Shown piece after piece: positions 40,637 through 51,071 of a DNA stretch of 57,558 nt. The DNA lies in IMG/VR virus record IMGVR_UViG_3300035670_009774, positions 1 through 57,558 of that record, one strand, 5' to 3'. Made by a program: the position numbers and the translations under genes. A model generated the notes under the pieces. The model searched no databases, was not told where the DNA came from, and saw only the letters and a list, made by a program, of their open reading frames with translations. Origin of the DNA: a virus (lineage: Duplodnaviria > Caudoviricetes). Position 1 is the stretch's first letter. Each line of letters starts with the position of its first letter.

Positions 40637-42295
40637 ATGAAGTTAATAAAAAATTCTCCATATAAGATATTAAGTATTATAGGTGGTCTTCACTCATGTG
40701 GTTTAACTTATTATGAAAATGGAGAAATAAAAGTTGTTCTAGAGGAAGAACGATTAGTTAGAACTAAACCTTACGTTGATTTACATAATGATTTTTTTAG
40801 ATATCCTTTAGAATCTCTTAGAGAACTTATTTTTAAATATAATGTTAATTTAGAATCTATAGATTATTTTACTAGTTTTTATGAATATGAAACTATAAAA
40901 ATAATGTTAAATGAAACTTGTAACTATTCTTTACCTCCTCACAAATATATTAAAACAGAGCACCACGAAACACACTGTGCTCTAGCTTATTACCTTTCAG
41001 GATTTCAAGAAGATACATTAGTAATAGCAATTGATGGCAGTGGAGAAGAACATTCAGCTAAATATTATTTAGGTACTAACGGTGATTTAAAATACATTGA
41101 TGGAATTGGTATTGATAGGCATTCTATAGGAATGTATTATTGTGCTCTTACGGAATTATTAGGTTTTAAACGTTTAAAAGATGAAGGTAAAATAGTTGGT
41201 TTGGCGGGTCATGGAGAATATATTCCTGAATTTTATAATGTTTTTAAAAAGGTTTTATTATTAGAAGATGGTTTAAAAACTAAAAAATCAACATTTGAAA
41301 ATCAACAAGATTTAGCAGGTGGTGGAGTTTATCAAGAATTATTTTCAAACTTTTTTAATTTTATGGGAAGTAATATCTCTTGGAGATATGAAAACCAACG
41401 TAAAAACATAGCTTATTGTGGTCAATTAGTTCTTGAAGAAACAATCCTCGAAATATTACACACACTTCATATAAAATATCCTCATGTTAAAAAATTAGCC
41501 TTATCCGGAGGTGTATTTGCTAATATAAAAGTAAATAAAAAAATAAATGAACTTAAATGGGTTGATGAAGTATTTATTACTCCCCCTATGGGTGATGAAG
41601 GTTTACCTTTAGGTTCATTATTACTTGTATTAAAAAAATTATATCCCGAATTTAAACCAATTCGTTTGGAAAATGTTTTTTTAGGATTAGAATATACAAA
41701 TGAAGAAGTAGATAATGCTGCTAAGTGTATAATGGAGGAGTATATTAAAATTCCTTATAATGTTGATTATGTGGGTGAATTACTTAAATCTAAAAAAATA
41801 TTAGGTTTATTCAATGGTCGATTTGAACACGGACCTAGAGCATTAGGTAATCGAACAATTACTTGTGATCCAACACATCTCGAAACTTATGATATAATTA
41901 ATGGTAAACTTCAACGTAATGATTTTATGCCATTCGCTCCTGCAGTTTTAGATGAAGATGCTAATCGTTTATTTAAAGTAGATAAATCTCAATATACAGC
42001 TGAGTTTATGACTATGTTATATGATACTAGGGATGAATTTAAAGATATGTTACCCACAGTAACACACCCTGTTGATAAAACAGCTCGTATTCAAATTGTA
42101 ACAGAACAATCAAACCCATTCTTTTATAATATCCTAAAAAAATATAAAGAATTAACAGGTATTGGATGTTTAGTAAATACCTCATTTAATGTTCATAACG
42201 AACCAATTGTAAATAAACCTGAAGAAGCATTTATGCATCTCAAAAATGGAATAATAGATTTTTTAGTAACCCCTTATGGAATTTATTCAAAATGA
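40637..42295 (+). CDS. O-carbamoyltransferase (NodU/CmcH/TobZ family)
   Basis: EEER..R.K, HHETH, DGSGE, EGKIVGLA, SGGVFAN, GPRALGNR, PFAP, NTSFN. Confidence 0.93.
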   Translation: MKLIKNSPYKILSIIGGLHSCGLTYYENGEIKVVLEEERLVRTKPYVDLHNDFFRYPLESLRELIFKYNVNLESIDYFTSFYEYETIKIMLNETCNYSLPPHKYIKTEHHETHCALAYYLSGFQEDTLVIAIDGSGEEHSAKYYLGTNGDLKYIDGIGIDRHSIGMYYCALTELLGFKRLKDEGKIVGLAGHGEYIPEFYNVFKKVLLLEDGLKTKKSTFENQQDLAGGGVYQELFSNFFNFMGSNISWRYENQRKNIAYCGQLVLEETILEILHTLHIKYPHVKKLALSGGVFANIKVNKKINELKWVDEVFITPPMGDEGLPLGSLLLVLKKLYPEFKPIRLENVFLGLEYTNEEVDNAAKCIMEEYIKIPYNVDYVGELLKSKKILGLFNGRFEHGPRALGNRTITCDPTHLETYDIINGKLQRNDFMPFAPAVLDEDANRLFKVDKSQYTAEFMTMLYDTRDEFKDMLPTVTHPVDKTARIQIVTEQSNPFFYNILKKYKELTGIGCLVNTSFNVHNEPIVNKPEEAFMHLKNGIIDFLVTPYGIYSK

Positions 42296-42489
42296 CAAGA
42301 GAACAACGACTTGAAGAAATGTTACATCATGCTCATGAAAGAGGATATTATGAGCAAGTAATTAAAAAAGCAAAAGAACTAGAAATATATAATCCCCGAA
42401 TGGAATTTTACGAACGCTGGGAAAAAGCCTATCACATAAGTAAATCAGAATTTTATGATATTAAATTTACAGAACAACTCCCACGCTAA
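42292..42489 (+). CDS. Hypothetical protein
   Basis: ORF track. Confidence 0.6.
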   Translation: MTREQRLEEMLHHAHERGYYEQVIKKAKELEIYNPRMEFYERWEKAYHISKSEFYDIKFTEQLPR

Positions 42490-42907
42490 TATTTCTTTTA
42501 CTAATTTAGTTAAAGTATCTATTAGAGGTGAACATAGCTATAATGTATCTTGGTATAAAGATGAAATATTTATAGGTCAAATGGAACTTCATTCGGGTAC
42601 TTGGGGTGGTTTCGAAAATGAATTAGGAAATTGGAGATTAGAATTTTGGCAAAATGAAATTTTAGTTAATTCAATTACATTTAATTTAGAAAATAAAAAC
42701 GTATTGTTTATCTATACTCTCCACACAGAAAAAGGTAAATTACCTAATATTAATTCAATTATTGAATATATCAGTGATGTTAAAAATAGATATAATTTTA
42801 TTCCCTATGTTTATTTTAAAGGAAGTGAAAAATATAACATTCCTTTTAATACTTTAAAGTTAAATGATTCTGTAAATTTTGACCTTATATTAGAAAAAAA
42901 TGGATAA
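42455..42907 (+). CDS. Hypothetical protein
   Basis: ORF track. Confidence 0.6.
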   Translation: MILNLQNNSHANISFTNLVKVSIRGEHSYNVSWYKDEIFIGQMELHSGTWGGFENELGNWRLEFWQNEILVNSITFNLENKNVLFIYTLHTEKGKLPNINSIIEYISDVKNRYNFIPYVYFKGSEKYNIPFNTLKLNDSVNFDLILEKNG

Positions 42908-43562
42908 TCTAATTAAAATTTATAATAACTCCCTAAACCCAGAGATTTGTCAGTTTATTATTGATAAATTTGAATCATCCCAAAATCTAATAGAAGGAAT
43001 GTCAGGTGGTGGGGTAAAGAAATCAGTTAAAGCATCTACTGATTTGATGATTCATAGTGAACGTCATACCGATAAAGATTGGGATTATATATATAATTAT
43101 TTGATGGAAAATTTATTATCCCATTTAGTAGATTATCTTGAACATAATGATTTTCCTATTTTATCAAGTAATTTCTCCAGTAAATCTAGTATTGTTAGAA
43201 CAGCTCAATCATGTTTTATGAGTAGTAACAATAATATTCCTCATATCCAAATGCAAAGATATATTGGGGGTGAAGGTTATTACGCTTGGCACCATGAAAA
43301 TGAAGGTGGTAGTACTTCTAAACGAGAATTATTTTTTATATATTATTTAAATACTCTTAATACTGGGGGAACAGAGTTTAAATATAATCCTCAAATAGTC
43401 TATCCAGAAACTGGGAAACTTATAATGGCTCCGGCATATTGGACTCACAAACATAGAGGAAATGCTCCTGGTGAAGGGAATACAAAATATATCTTAACAG
43501 GTTGGATTGAAAGTAAACCTAATACAATTAGTGAAGAATTTGAACAAGATTATTTAATATGA
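42900..43562 (+). CDS. 2OG-Fe(II) oxygenase (P4H-like)
   Basis: WHHE, YYLN, GGTEF, WTHKHRG, KYILTGW. Confidence 0.88.
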   Translation: MDNLIKIYNNSLNPEICQFIIDKFESSQNLIEGMSGGGVKKSVKASTDLMIHSERHTDKDWDYIYNYLMENLLSHLVDYLEHNDFPILSSNFSSKSSIVRTAQSCFMSSNNNIPHIQMQRYIGGEGYYAWHHENEGGSTSKRELFFIYYLNTLNTGGTEFKYNPQIVYPETGKLIMAPAYWTHKHRGNAPGEGNTKYILTGWIESKPNTISEEFEQDYLI

Positions 43563-44509
43563 ATCTAAATATAAATTTTACCCCGGATAATATTGTTATT
43601 TGGAATCATGAACCCGAAAATATTGAATTAGAAGGAATCTATATAGATATTGAAACAAATTTAATAATTTTTAAAAATATATTATATTTACCACCTTATG
43701 ATGGTTATGTAAATATTTCTTTAGATCACGATAATTTTAGGTATTGTAAAGGATTTGAGGTAAAATTATATTATAAAGGTGAATTAGTTAAAACAGCTAC
43801 TCATATATATGATAATAAATTAGATAGTCGTTTATATTTTTATCGAAGTGATAATGCCTCAAACTATGGTTCTTGGTTAAGTTTATTTCATCAAAATGAA
43901 TATGGTAATAAAATTAATATAAGTCCAAACGATATTGTATACGATTTAGGAGCTAATATTGGAGCTTTTACAAAATGGGCAACTTTTTATAACCCAAAAT
44001 CGATATATAGTTTTGAACCAACTCCATCTTTATATAAAGATTTATTAAAAACATTTGAACATAATTCTAATGTTAATGTTTTAGATTTAGCAATAACTAA
44101 TACTAATAAATTAATTAACTTTTATTCTTTTACTGAGGATACAAGTAATACTTTAATAGAAACTCCTATAGAAAACATAATTCCTGAAAAATTTAATGGG
44201 ATTATTGAGGTACAAGGAATTAATTTAGAAGAGTATGTAAAAAAACATAATTTACCTTTACCTACATTATTAAAAATAGATATTGAAGGTAGTGAATATG
44301 ATTTTTTTGAAAATACAAGTAATGATTTTTTTATTAATATTTCACAAATGATTATAGAATTTCATCATAATAGTAGTGGGATTGAAAAATTAGATAAAAT
44401 TAATACAATTATAAAAAGATTTTTAAATTTAGGTTATAAAATTCAAGTAAAAGAAGGTGATTCAATAGATAATTATATGTTTACTATTCTTATTACTAAA
44501 TTTGGTTAA
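43559..44509 (+). CDS. FkbM-family methyltransferase with N-terminal domain
   Basis: DLGANIG, SFEP, LKIDIEGSEY, IEFH. Confidence 0.88.
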   Translation: MNLNINFTPDNIVIWNHEPENIELEGIYIDIETNLIIFKNILYLPPYDGYVNISLDHDNFRYCKGFEVKLYYKGELVKTATHIYDNKLDSRLYFYRSDNASNYGSWLSLFHQNEYGNKINISPNDIVYDLGANIGAFTKWATFYNPKSIYSFEPTPSLYKDLLKTFEHNSNVNVLDLAITNTNKLINFYSFTEDTSNTLIETPIENIIPEKFNGIIEVQGINLEEYVKKHNLPLPTLLKIDIEGSEYDFFENTSNDFFINISQMIIEFHHNSSGIEKLDKINTIIKRFLNLGYKIQVKEGDSIDNYMFTILITKFG

Positions 44510-44536
44510 TTAGTTTTAAGTTATTATATTATATAA

Positions 44537-44743
44537 ATGTCAAAAGGTTTAAAATTAACTAAAGAAGATTACCATGAAATAACTGATCGTTTACATGTGA
44601 TTAGTTGTATGGTGAATGATCATTTAATCCAACATAAAGTAAGTAAACTAGACAAAGAAATCAACCAACCAATTGAACAAGCATTAAATTTACTATTTGA
44701 TGCCTATCAAACCTCAGGAAAAAAACTATTTGAAAATGAATAA
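44537..44743 (+). CDS. Hypothetical protein
   Basis: ORF track; promoter variant at 44501-44532. Confidence 0.65.
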   Translation: MSKGLKLTKEDYHEITDRLHVISCMVNDHLIQHKVSKLDKEINQPIEQALNLLFDAYQTSGKKLFENE

Positions 44744-45359
44744 TACAGCAGAATTACTAGGATATTACGGTGATGATTTAACTCATGCTTGTTCAGCTTG
44801 GACAAGTACATCACGTGAATTAACTGATGAAAAAATTGCTCGAGTATCTAAATTGTTAACAATGTTAGCAACTGAAGGTCATCATACTCCATTTGAAAAA
44901 TCGGGATTACATTTTCTAGTAACGGTAGACCAAGCAACACACATACATTTGTTGAAACACCGTATTGGAGTAAGTATAAACGGTGAAAGTGCTCGTTATA
45001 AGGAACTTAAAGAGGATAAAATGTACATCCCAAATGATTGGAGTAATACTTGGCATTTTAAACTTGAAAAATTTGCTGAAGAGGGAAATAAATTGTATCA
45101 TGAAGCCCTTGAATATTTTACTCCTATTTTAGGTCGTAAACGTGCTAAAGAATCTGCTCGTTTCTTTAAAACATTCAATTCCCAAATTACTATGGATATT
45201 ATGTTTAACTGGAGAAGTTTTGCTCATTTTCAACAACTTCGAAACAGTGAACATGCTCAAAAAGAAGTTAAATTTTTAGCTCAAGAAATGCTTGATTTAG
45301 TTAAAAATATTGAAGGTAATCCATTTGAACACACAATTAATGCTTTTGGACTTAATTAA
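44736..45359 (+). CDS. thyX: FAD-dependent thymidylate synthase ThyX
   Basis: GHHTPFE, KHRIGVSINGESARY, KESAR, NWRS, LRNSEHAQKE. Confidence 0.92.
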   Translation: MNNTAELLGYYGDDLTHACSAWTSTSRELTDEKIARVSKLLTMLATEGHHTPFEKSGLHFLVTVDQATHIHLLKHRIGVSINGESARYKELKEDKMYIPNDWSNTWHFKLEKFAEEGNKLYHEALEYFTPILGRKRAKESARFFKTFNSQITMDIMFNWRSFAHFQQLRNSEHAQKEVKFLAQEMLDLVKNIEGNPFEHTINAFGLN

Positions 45360-45365
45360 TTTAAT

Positions 45366-45737
45366 TTGAAAAAACCTGATAATGTAGCAGATAGTCCTGG
45401 GTTATTACCTTATGCTTCAAATGTTGGAGCCCCAGTGATTAAAGTAGAGGATATTTCCGCTTGGAAAGCGGTTAATGCTATTAAGGTAAACCATCAGTTA
45501 CAAACCAAATTTAATGAATTAAAAGAAGAGTATAAAAAACTAGTAGAAGAATACAAATGGAATGAGTTAGTTTATAATGCTAAATTTTCATTTGAACCTG
45601 TTATTGGTCAAACTTATCATTTGTATATTGGTAGAGATAAAAATATATTTTTATCAATGGTAAATCCTGATGAATGGTCATATGAATGGGTAGGTAGTTT
45701 TACATTAGATTCAAATAACAAATGGAACAAAATATGA
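45366..45737 (+). CDS. DUF2452-like protein
   Basis: LPYASNVGAP, AKFSFEPVIGQTYHLY, FLSM..P.EW. Confidence 0.7.
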   Translation: MKKPDNVADSPGLLPYASNVGAPVIKVEDISAWKAVNAIKVNHQLQTKFNELKEEYKKLVEEYKWNELVYNAKFSFEPVIGQTYHLYIGRDKNIFLSMVNPDEWSYEWVGSFTLDSNNKWNKI

Positions 45738-46090
45738 AACGAGTTGTAGCAGGTATTGTTGAAAAAGATGGTAAATTACTTATGTTTCACAGTAAAAAAC
45801 ATAACTTATGGGAATTTCCTGGAGGTAAAGTTGAAGAAGGTGAAACTGACGTTGATGCTTTAAAACGTGAATGGAGAGAAGAATTAAATTGTGAAATTAT
45901 TATTGATCAATATTTTGATTACCATTACAGCGAAACAGATGGTTGGGAAATAAATTATTATTTAATTACCCCAATTACAAATTGGACCTTTAAAGAACAT
46001 ACCGAAGCTAAATACCTACCCCCAGATGAAGCAATGTTATTAGAAATGTGGCCTAGTGATTGGTTAATGGTTGGTGAATTTTATGAATAA
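45734..46090 (+). CDS. NUDIX hydrolase (MutT-like)
   Basis: WEFPGGKVEEGETDVDALKREWREEL. Confidence 0.9.
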   Translation: MKRVVAGIVEKDGKLLMFHSKKHNLWEFPGGKVEEGETDVDALKREWREELNCEIIIDQYFDYHYSETDGWEINYYLITPITNWTFKEHTEAKYLPPDEAMLLEMWPSDWLMVGEFYE

Positions 46091-46298
46091 TATATACTAT
46101 CATAACGGACAACCTTATAAAGTTTTAAGGGTACTTAAATCACACAATGTGTCTCCTAAAGGGTATTTAAACATGGAATTACTTAAGGAATGGAGAGATT
46201 ATATTGGTGCGGATCATGTTTTACAAAAACAAGATGAATTTTGGCTCTGTGAAACAATTAAAGAGGCTGAAGTTGTGGAAGAAAATTTGGTTTCCTAA
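46083..46298 (+). CDS. Hypothetical protein
   Basis: ORF track. Confidence 0.6.
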   Translation: MNNIYYHNGQPYKVLRVLKSHNVSPKGYLNMELLKEWRDYIGADHVLQKQDEFWLCETIKEAEVVEENLVS

Positions 46299-46317
46299 AA
46301 TCCATTTCGTATATTTA
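46286..46317 (+). promoter_or_regulatory. Promoter TTTG-N20-TATATTTA
   Basis: Repeated motif. Confidence 0.8.
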
Positions 46318-46336
46318 CGTATAATAAATTAAAGTT

Positions 46337-46537
46337 ATGGAAAAAATAGGTGAAATTTTAGGAACAGTAGCAGTAGCATTGGTTGTTATCTTTGTATTAG
46401 CATTTCCTGTTCAATGGTTGTGGAATAATTGTTTAGTACCCGCCGTTAACGGTATTAATTACATTGGGTTTTGGCAAGCATTAGGTCTTACAATTCTTTC
46501 AAATGTATTGTTTAAATCTAATGTAAATAAAAAATGA
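46337..46537 (+). CDS. Small membrane protein
   Basis: Two TM segments, WLWN...FWQALGL. Confidence 0.7.
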   Translation: MEKIGEILGTVAVALVVIFVLAFPVQWLWNNCLVPAVNGINYIGFWQALGLTILSNVLFKSNVNKK

Positions 46538-46947
46538 TACATAAATTTAAACGTTACATTCAACGAGTTGCTATTAAAACAATTCGTATGATGAATCCTG
46601 GGATTGATAGGCATGCTAGTGATTATGATCATGAAGCGTTTTCAATTTCAAAACGATTGATTTCCAAACGAGAAACAACACTATTGATCTCCCCAATTTC
46701 CGGAAAACGATATATTAAAAGTGATGATAATCAATTGTTTATCATTATTGAAAGTCATCAAATGACTATTGTTAATCACCAATACAGTTATAATATTGAT
46801 ATTGCTGGAAAATCATTTGAGAAAATATCTCAAGTGTTTGATGCTGAAGTTGAAAAACGTAGGGAAGATATGGAAGCAGAAATACGTTCAAATGTAAAAC
46901 ATTCCTTATCAAACATTTATAAAAGTTTATTGAATGAAAAAATTTAA
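46534..46947 (+). CDS. Hypothetical protein
   Basis: ORF track. Confidence 0.7.
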   Translation: MIHKFKRYIQRVAIKTIRMMNPGIDRHASDYDHEAFSISKRLISKRETTLLISPISGKRYIKSDDNQLFIIIESHQMTIVNHQYSYNIDIAGKSFEKISQVFDAEVEKRREDMEAEIRSNVKHSLSNIYKSLLNEKI

Positions 46948-47188
46948 AAGTTTATGGTACACAGGATTAGCCATTGTTGGTATTCCTGCTGTTATAGTTG
47001 TTATAGCTACTTTTTTTGTAATATTAAATCAAACTAAAACAATAATTTATCCTGCAGAAAAATCACAACAAGAAAAACCAAAAGTTGACACAGTAGTTGT
47101 AGAAAAGCGTGTAGTAGTAAGAGATACTGTGTATATTAAACCAAAACCAACCCCAAAATCAGTAGCAACAGTACAAGATACATTATGA
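46934..47188 (+). CDS. Membrane-anchored protein with DTV repeats
   Basis: TM segment then VDTVV...RDTVYI. Confidence 0.65.
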   Translation: MKKFKSLWYTGLAIVGIPAVIVVIATFFVILNQTKTIIYPAEKSQQEKPKVDTVVVEKRVVVRDTVYIKPKPTPKSVATVQDTL

Positions 47189-47892
47189 GAATAACCTTTA
47201 TTTCAGATACTCACACTAAACATGCTCAAATTACTCAGGATTTACCTGGTGGTGATTTGCTCATTCATGCTGGTGACTTGATGAATTCAGGTTATTATTG
47301 GGAAGAAGTATATCCATTTTTAGATTGGTTTAATAATTTAGGTAATTACGATCATAAAGTATTCATTGCTGGCAATCATGATAGATTGTTTGAAGATAGA
47401 CCAGAAGAAGTAAAGGGTTTACTTACTGGTTATAAAAATATTGATTATTTACGAGATGAATGGATTATAGTTGGAGATGCAGATCCACATAATCCAAATG
47501 TAAAAACTGCTAGAATATACGGTTCACCTTGGCAACCTGAGTTTTATAATTGGGCATTTAATCTACCTCGTAATGGAGTTGATTTAGAGGAAAAATGGTT
47601 TAATATTCCTAATAGTACTGATATTTTAATTACACATGGTCCACCTTGGGGGCATTGTGATGTTACTCCTTATGGTAATCTAAATGTTGGTTGTGAATTA
47701 TTACGTGTACGAGTAGATGAATTAAAACCTAAAATCCATGTATTTGGACATGTCCATTCAGGTTATGGATATAAGTTTCATGAAGGTACTCATTTTATTA
47801 ATGCTGCTGTGTTGAGTGAGCGTTACCAATATAGTAATAAACCAATTACAGTTGATTGGAATCCCGAAACAAACGAATTAGAATTTATATAA
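47185..47892 (+). CDS. Metallophosphoesterase (calcineurin-like)
   Basis: SDTH, HAGD, AGNHD, THGPP, FGHVH. Confidence 0.92.
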   Translation: MRITFISDTHTKHAQITQDLPGGDLLIHAGDLMNSGYYWEEVYPFLDWFNNLGNYDHKVFIAGNHDRLFEDRPEEVKGLLTGYKNIDYLRDEWIIVGDADPHNPNVKTARIYGSPWQPEFYNWAFNLPRNGVDLEEKWFNIPNSTDILITHGPPWGHCDVTPYGNLNVGCELLRVRVDELKPKIHVFGHVHSGYGYKFHEGTHFINAAVLSERYQYSNKPITVDWNPETNELEFI

Positions 47893-47894
47893 TT

Positions 47895-48527
47895 ATGGAA
47901 ACAAATTTTGCACCTACATTCTTTGATAGTGTCAAACGAATGGTTAATAGACAAAGATGGTATTGGAAAACATGGGATTTCCTAAAATATGACATGCCTA
48001 ATTTCTTTAGAAACCTATGGTTATTTAGAAAAGATCTATATAACTATCATTGGTACTCAGGTCAACATGCTGTACTTCCGTTTATGAAAACAGCTTTAAA
48101 TAATATGGCTACTAAAATTGATGAACGTGGAATTGAAATAGAATATTCTAAATCTAAAAAATTAGATAAAATGCGTCGTGCTGTTTATCTTATGGAACGT
48201 TTTATCGAAGATGATTTTATTGATTTAGCTGAAAAAGAATTAGGTGAAGTAGTGTGTCATGGATTTGCATTTGAACCTGTACCTGATAAACCAGGTTATA
48301 GTCAATTAGTAGATAAAGAAACACCTGAAGAAAGAGAACACAACAGTAAAGTATATACTCGTGCTCGTGAAATTGAAGAACAGATGTGGAATGAATTATG
48401 GATTACTTTAAAGGGTCAAGATTATTCTGATTTTGATAAAATCAAAGGTGATGCCAAATGGAAAGAGCAAGACGAATTGTATAAAAACTGGTTTGATGGA
48501 TCAGGTTTGCGAGGATGGTGGGATTAG
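47895..48527 (+). CDS. Hypothetical phage protein ending GWWD
   Basis: ORF track, start moved to ATG 47895. Confidence 0.7.
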   Translation: METNFAPTFFDSVKRMVNRQRWYWKTWDFLKYDMPNFFRNLWLFRKDLYNYHWYSGQHAVLPFMKTALNNMATKIDERGIEIEYSKSKKLDKMRRAVYLMERFIEDDFIDLAEKELGEVVCHGFAFEPVPDKPGYSQLVDKETPEEREHNSKVYTRAREIEEQMWNELWITLKGQDYSDFDKIKGDAKWKEQDELYKNWFDGSGLRGWWD

Positions 48528-48559
48528 TTTGGAGAACTGAAATAGGATTCGTATATTTA
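48528..48559 (+). promoter_or_regulatory. Promoter TTTG-N20-TATATTTA
   Basis: Repeated motif. Confidence 0.8.
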
Positions 48560-48573
48560 CACAAATAAAAGTT

Positions 48574-49203
48574 ATGAGCAAAATAAATAAAAACAGTAAA
48601 TTCTACAAACCACCGACGTTCAAAGAACGTATGGAAAATCTTAAATACACAATCCTGTTTTGGAAAGGACGTAGTAAAGGAAGGATTTATACCCGTAATA
48701 TTGAGTTGGATGATTTCAGATATATCTTCTTTCCCAAAGGATTTGAGAAATATGGTTATTTAGGAACACAAATATGGGGTGAAGATAGTGATTATTTTAA
48801 AGCATTATATCCATTAGTACTTGCTTTAGATTATGAGGCAAAACCTAAATTATGTCCAAGATGGTTTTTACGCTTCTTACATGTGTTTGGTAGTGATAAA
48901 TCAATTGTTCGAGTTCGTAATTGGACTTTACATAACTTACATCGTAAACTAACTAAGGGTATTGCCTTTGTAGATTGGAAAACTAAATGGTCAGATTACG
49001 ATCTACGTATCTCAATTCACGGACCTAAACATTTACAAGATTTAGCTGATGATATTGAGCATGGATTTTATTCTAGAGGTAGACAAAATGAATTAGTTGA
49101 ACAAATCAAAGCAATAGACCCAGATGCTTCAATCATTTGGGGCAGTATTGAACGCTTTGAAAAACAATTAGAAGAATTAGAAAATAAAAATGAACAAGGT
49201 TAA
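48574..49203 (+). CDS. Hypothetical protein
   Basis: ORF track. Confidence 0.7.
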   Translation: MSKINKNSKFYKPPTFKERMENLKYTILFWKGRSKGRIYTRNIELDDFRYIFFPKGFEKYGYLGTQIWGEDSDYFKALYPLVLALDYEAKPKLCPRWFLRFLHVFGSDKSIVRVRNWTLHNLHRKLTKGIAFVDWKTKWSDYDLRISIHGPKHLQDLADDIEHGFYSRGRQNELVEQIKAIDPDASIIWGSIERFEKQLEELENKNEQG

Positions 49204-49396
49204 TATTTGGGTAGTAACAGCCCATCGCACTACTTTAAGTGAACATTCTTATGTAGTTGGATTGTATGAGAATTTTGAAGATGCTAAAAAAGCAGCTAAT
49301 ATTGAACAATACAATAGAGGAGGCAAATATAATATGGATATTAATGGATACATTCTTAACAAACTCCCAGAAGAAATAATTAATAACGAAATATGA
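49190..49396 (+). CDS. Hypothetical protein
   Basis: ORF track. Confidence 0.6.
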   Translation: MNKVNIWVVTAHRTTLSEHSYVVGLYENFEDAKKAANIEQYNRGGKYNMDINGYILNKLPEEIINNEI

Positions 49397-49746
49397 GTAA
49401 ATTAGGAAGTAGAGGAATTCCAATAACATTAACGGAAGATAATGTATTGAAGATTGCTATTGAGCAAGGAGTAATTGAAAACGAATTCAATTGGAAATTA
49501 GTTCGTGAACATGATGGATTAACTAAACAATCAAAGGAGGTAATGTGGATTGAATTTAATGATGAAGGTCGTTTTAAATCAAAACATGATGAACCTGCTG
49601 TTGATAGAAGTTTAATGATGTCTCCTTTTACATTTTCATTTACTTGGCAGACAACTCCTGTTACAGAAATATTGGAGGAGCGAAAAGATTATATTAAATT
49701 TAAGACACGAAATAGTGTTTACGAATTATTTAAATTAAATGTTTAA
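49393..49746 (+). CDS. Hypothetical protein
   Basis: ORF track; WQTT...FKTRNSVYEL. Confidence 0.7.
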   Translation: MSKLGSRGIPITLTEDNVLKIAIEQGVIENEFNWKLVREHDGLTKQSKEVMWIEFNDEGRFKSKHDEPAVDRSLMMSPFTFSFTWQTTPVTEILEERKDYIKFKTRNSVYELFKLNV

Positions 49747-49821
49747 CTTATTATTAAATATTTTATTAATAATTTGGACATTATTGATTTCATGGTTAAT
49801 TTATAATATCATAAAACATAT

Positions 49822-50115
49822 ATGGAAACTAAACGCAAACGATTAACTCGAGAACAAAAACGCGAAAAAGCAGTTGTAGATCTAATAAATCAAATGTTTA
49901 TTATTGCTGGTCATCAAGTTACTTATGATGATATCAAGGATCGTAAAGATAATTGGTTTCAACAATGGGAAATGACTGTTGAACAAGCAGATGAATGGAA
50001 AAAATGGGGTGTAAAATACTTACGTGAAAATCTTAAAATAAACAAAGCATCAGCTGAACGAGAAATGTTATGGGTTAATTTACAATGGGGCTTGAAATAT
50101 AGTAATTGGGAATAA
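49822..50115 (+). CDS. Hypothetical protein
   Basis: ORF track. Confidence 0.65.
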   Translation: METKRKRLTREQKREKAVVDLINQMFIIAGHQVTYDDIKDRKDNWFQQWEMTVEQADEWKKWGVKYLRENLKINKASAEREMLWVNLQWGLKYSNWE

Positions 50116-50116
50116 T

Positions 50117-50338
50117 ATGGAACTACAGAAGCTTGAGAAAATGATTAACACTTATCTAAACGATATTCAAGCGTTTGGAGAAGATAATGAATATGATAAT
50201 GCTAAAGAAGTATTAATTGATTTTCTATTATACTTTCAGAGTATAGATGATGAAGATTTTATAGATAGTATAGATGAGTATTATGAAAAAATAGATACTG
50301 ATTTAGGCTATGATTTTGACGATGATGATGAAGATTAA
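50117..50338 (+). CDS. Very acidic small protein
   Basis: ORF track. Confidence 0.6.
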   Translation: MELQKLEKMINTYLNDIQAFGEDNEYDNAKEVLIDFLLYFQSIDDEDFIDSIDEYYEKIDTDLGYDFDDDDED

Positions 50339-50681
50339 TTATATAGCATTACTGATAGGAATAGTATTTGGATTTTTAGCTCAAATTGCAACCTTTTTTC
50401 AATTACAAGGATCACTTAGATATGAGTGGTTTAAGAATAATTACTGGTTTGCTGTACTTATGGGGATTCCTATTTCAATGTTATTTATGGAATCTGTTAA
50501 ACAAATGGTTACTGCTTATAGTGGACAACTATGGCCTTCACGCTTAATTGGGTTTTCAATAGGTGCAATAGTATTTACTTGGTTAAGTTGGTGGTTATTT
50601 AAAGAACCAGTAACAATGAAAACAATGGTAAGTTTATTATTTGCAATTGGTATTTTAGGTGTTCAAATATTTTGGAAATGA
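50310..50681 (+). CDS. Four-TM small membrane protein (DMT/SMR-like)
   Basis: Four hydrophobic segments, LFKEP.T.K motif. Confidence 0.65.
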   Translation: MILTMMMKINYIALLIGIVFGFLAQIATFFQLQGSLRYEWFKNNYWFAVLMGIPISMLFMESVKQMVTAYSGQLWPSRLIGFSIGAIVFTWLSWWLFKEPVTMKTMVSLLFAIGILGVQIFWK

Positions 50682-50971
50682 GTTGGTTAAAAAAATTATT
50701 TAAATCAAAACTACAACCACAACCTGAAATTATTAGGGAAATTGTTCATATTCCTTATGAAACTTTAGTACTTAAAGCACGTATTAGTGAACCTGAAATG
50801 CCTAGGTATGCAATAGTTGATCCTAACTATGCAATGAATCAAGTAAAAAGCCAACTAGCAATGGAATTATTAGAACAAATAGTAAACCAAGATCTAATTA
50901 AATTTGAAAATATTCAAGATTTTGGTCATAATATAGTTGAAGCAACAATATTAGTATCAATTAAAAAGTAA
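50678..50971 (+). CDS. Hypothetical protein
   Basis: ORF track. Confidence 0.6.
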   Translation: MSWLKKLFKSKLQPQPEIIREIVHIPYETLVLKARISEPEMPRYAIVDPNYAMNQVKSQLAMELLEQIVNQDLIKFENIQDFGHNIVEATILVSIKK

Positions 50972-51071
50972 GATATGGAACAATTTATTTGGGGAGTATT
51001 AGGAGTAATGTTAGTCGTAGGTATTTCTTATTTATTTAGTGAATGGGAAGATAAACAAAAAAAGAAATAAT

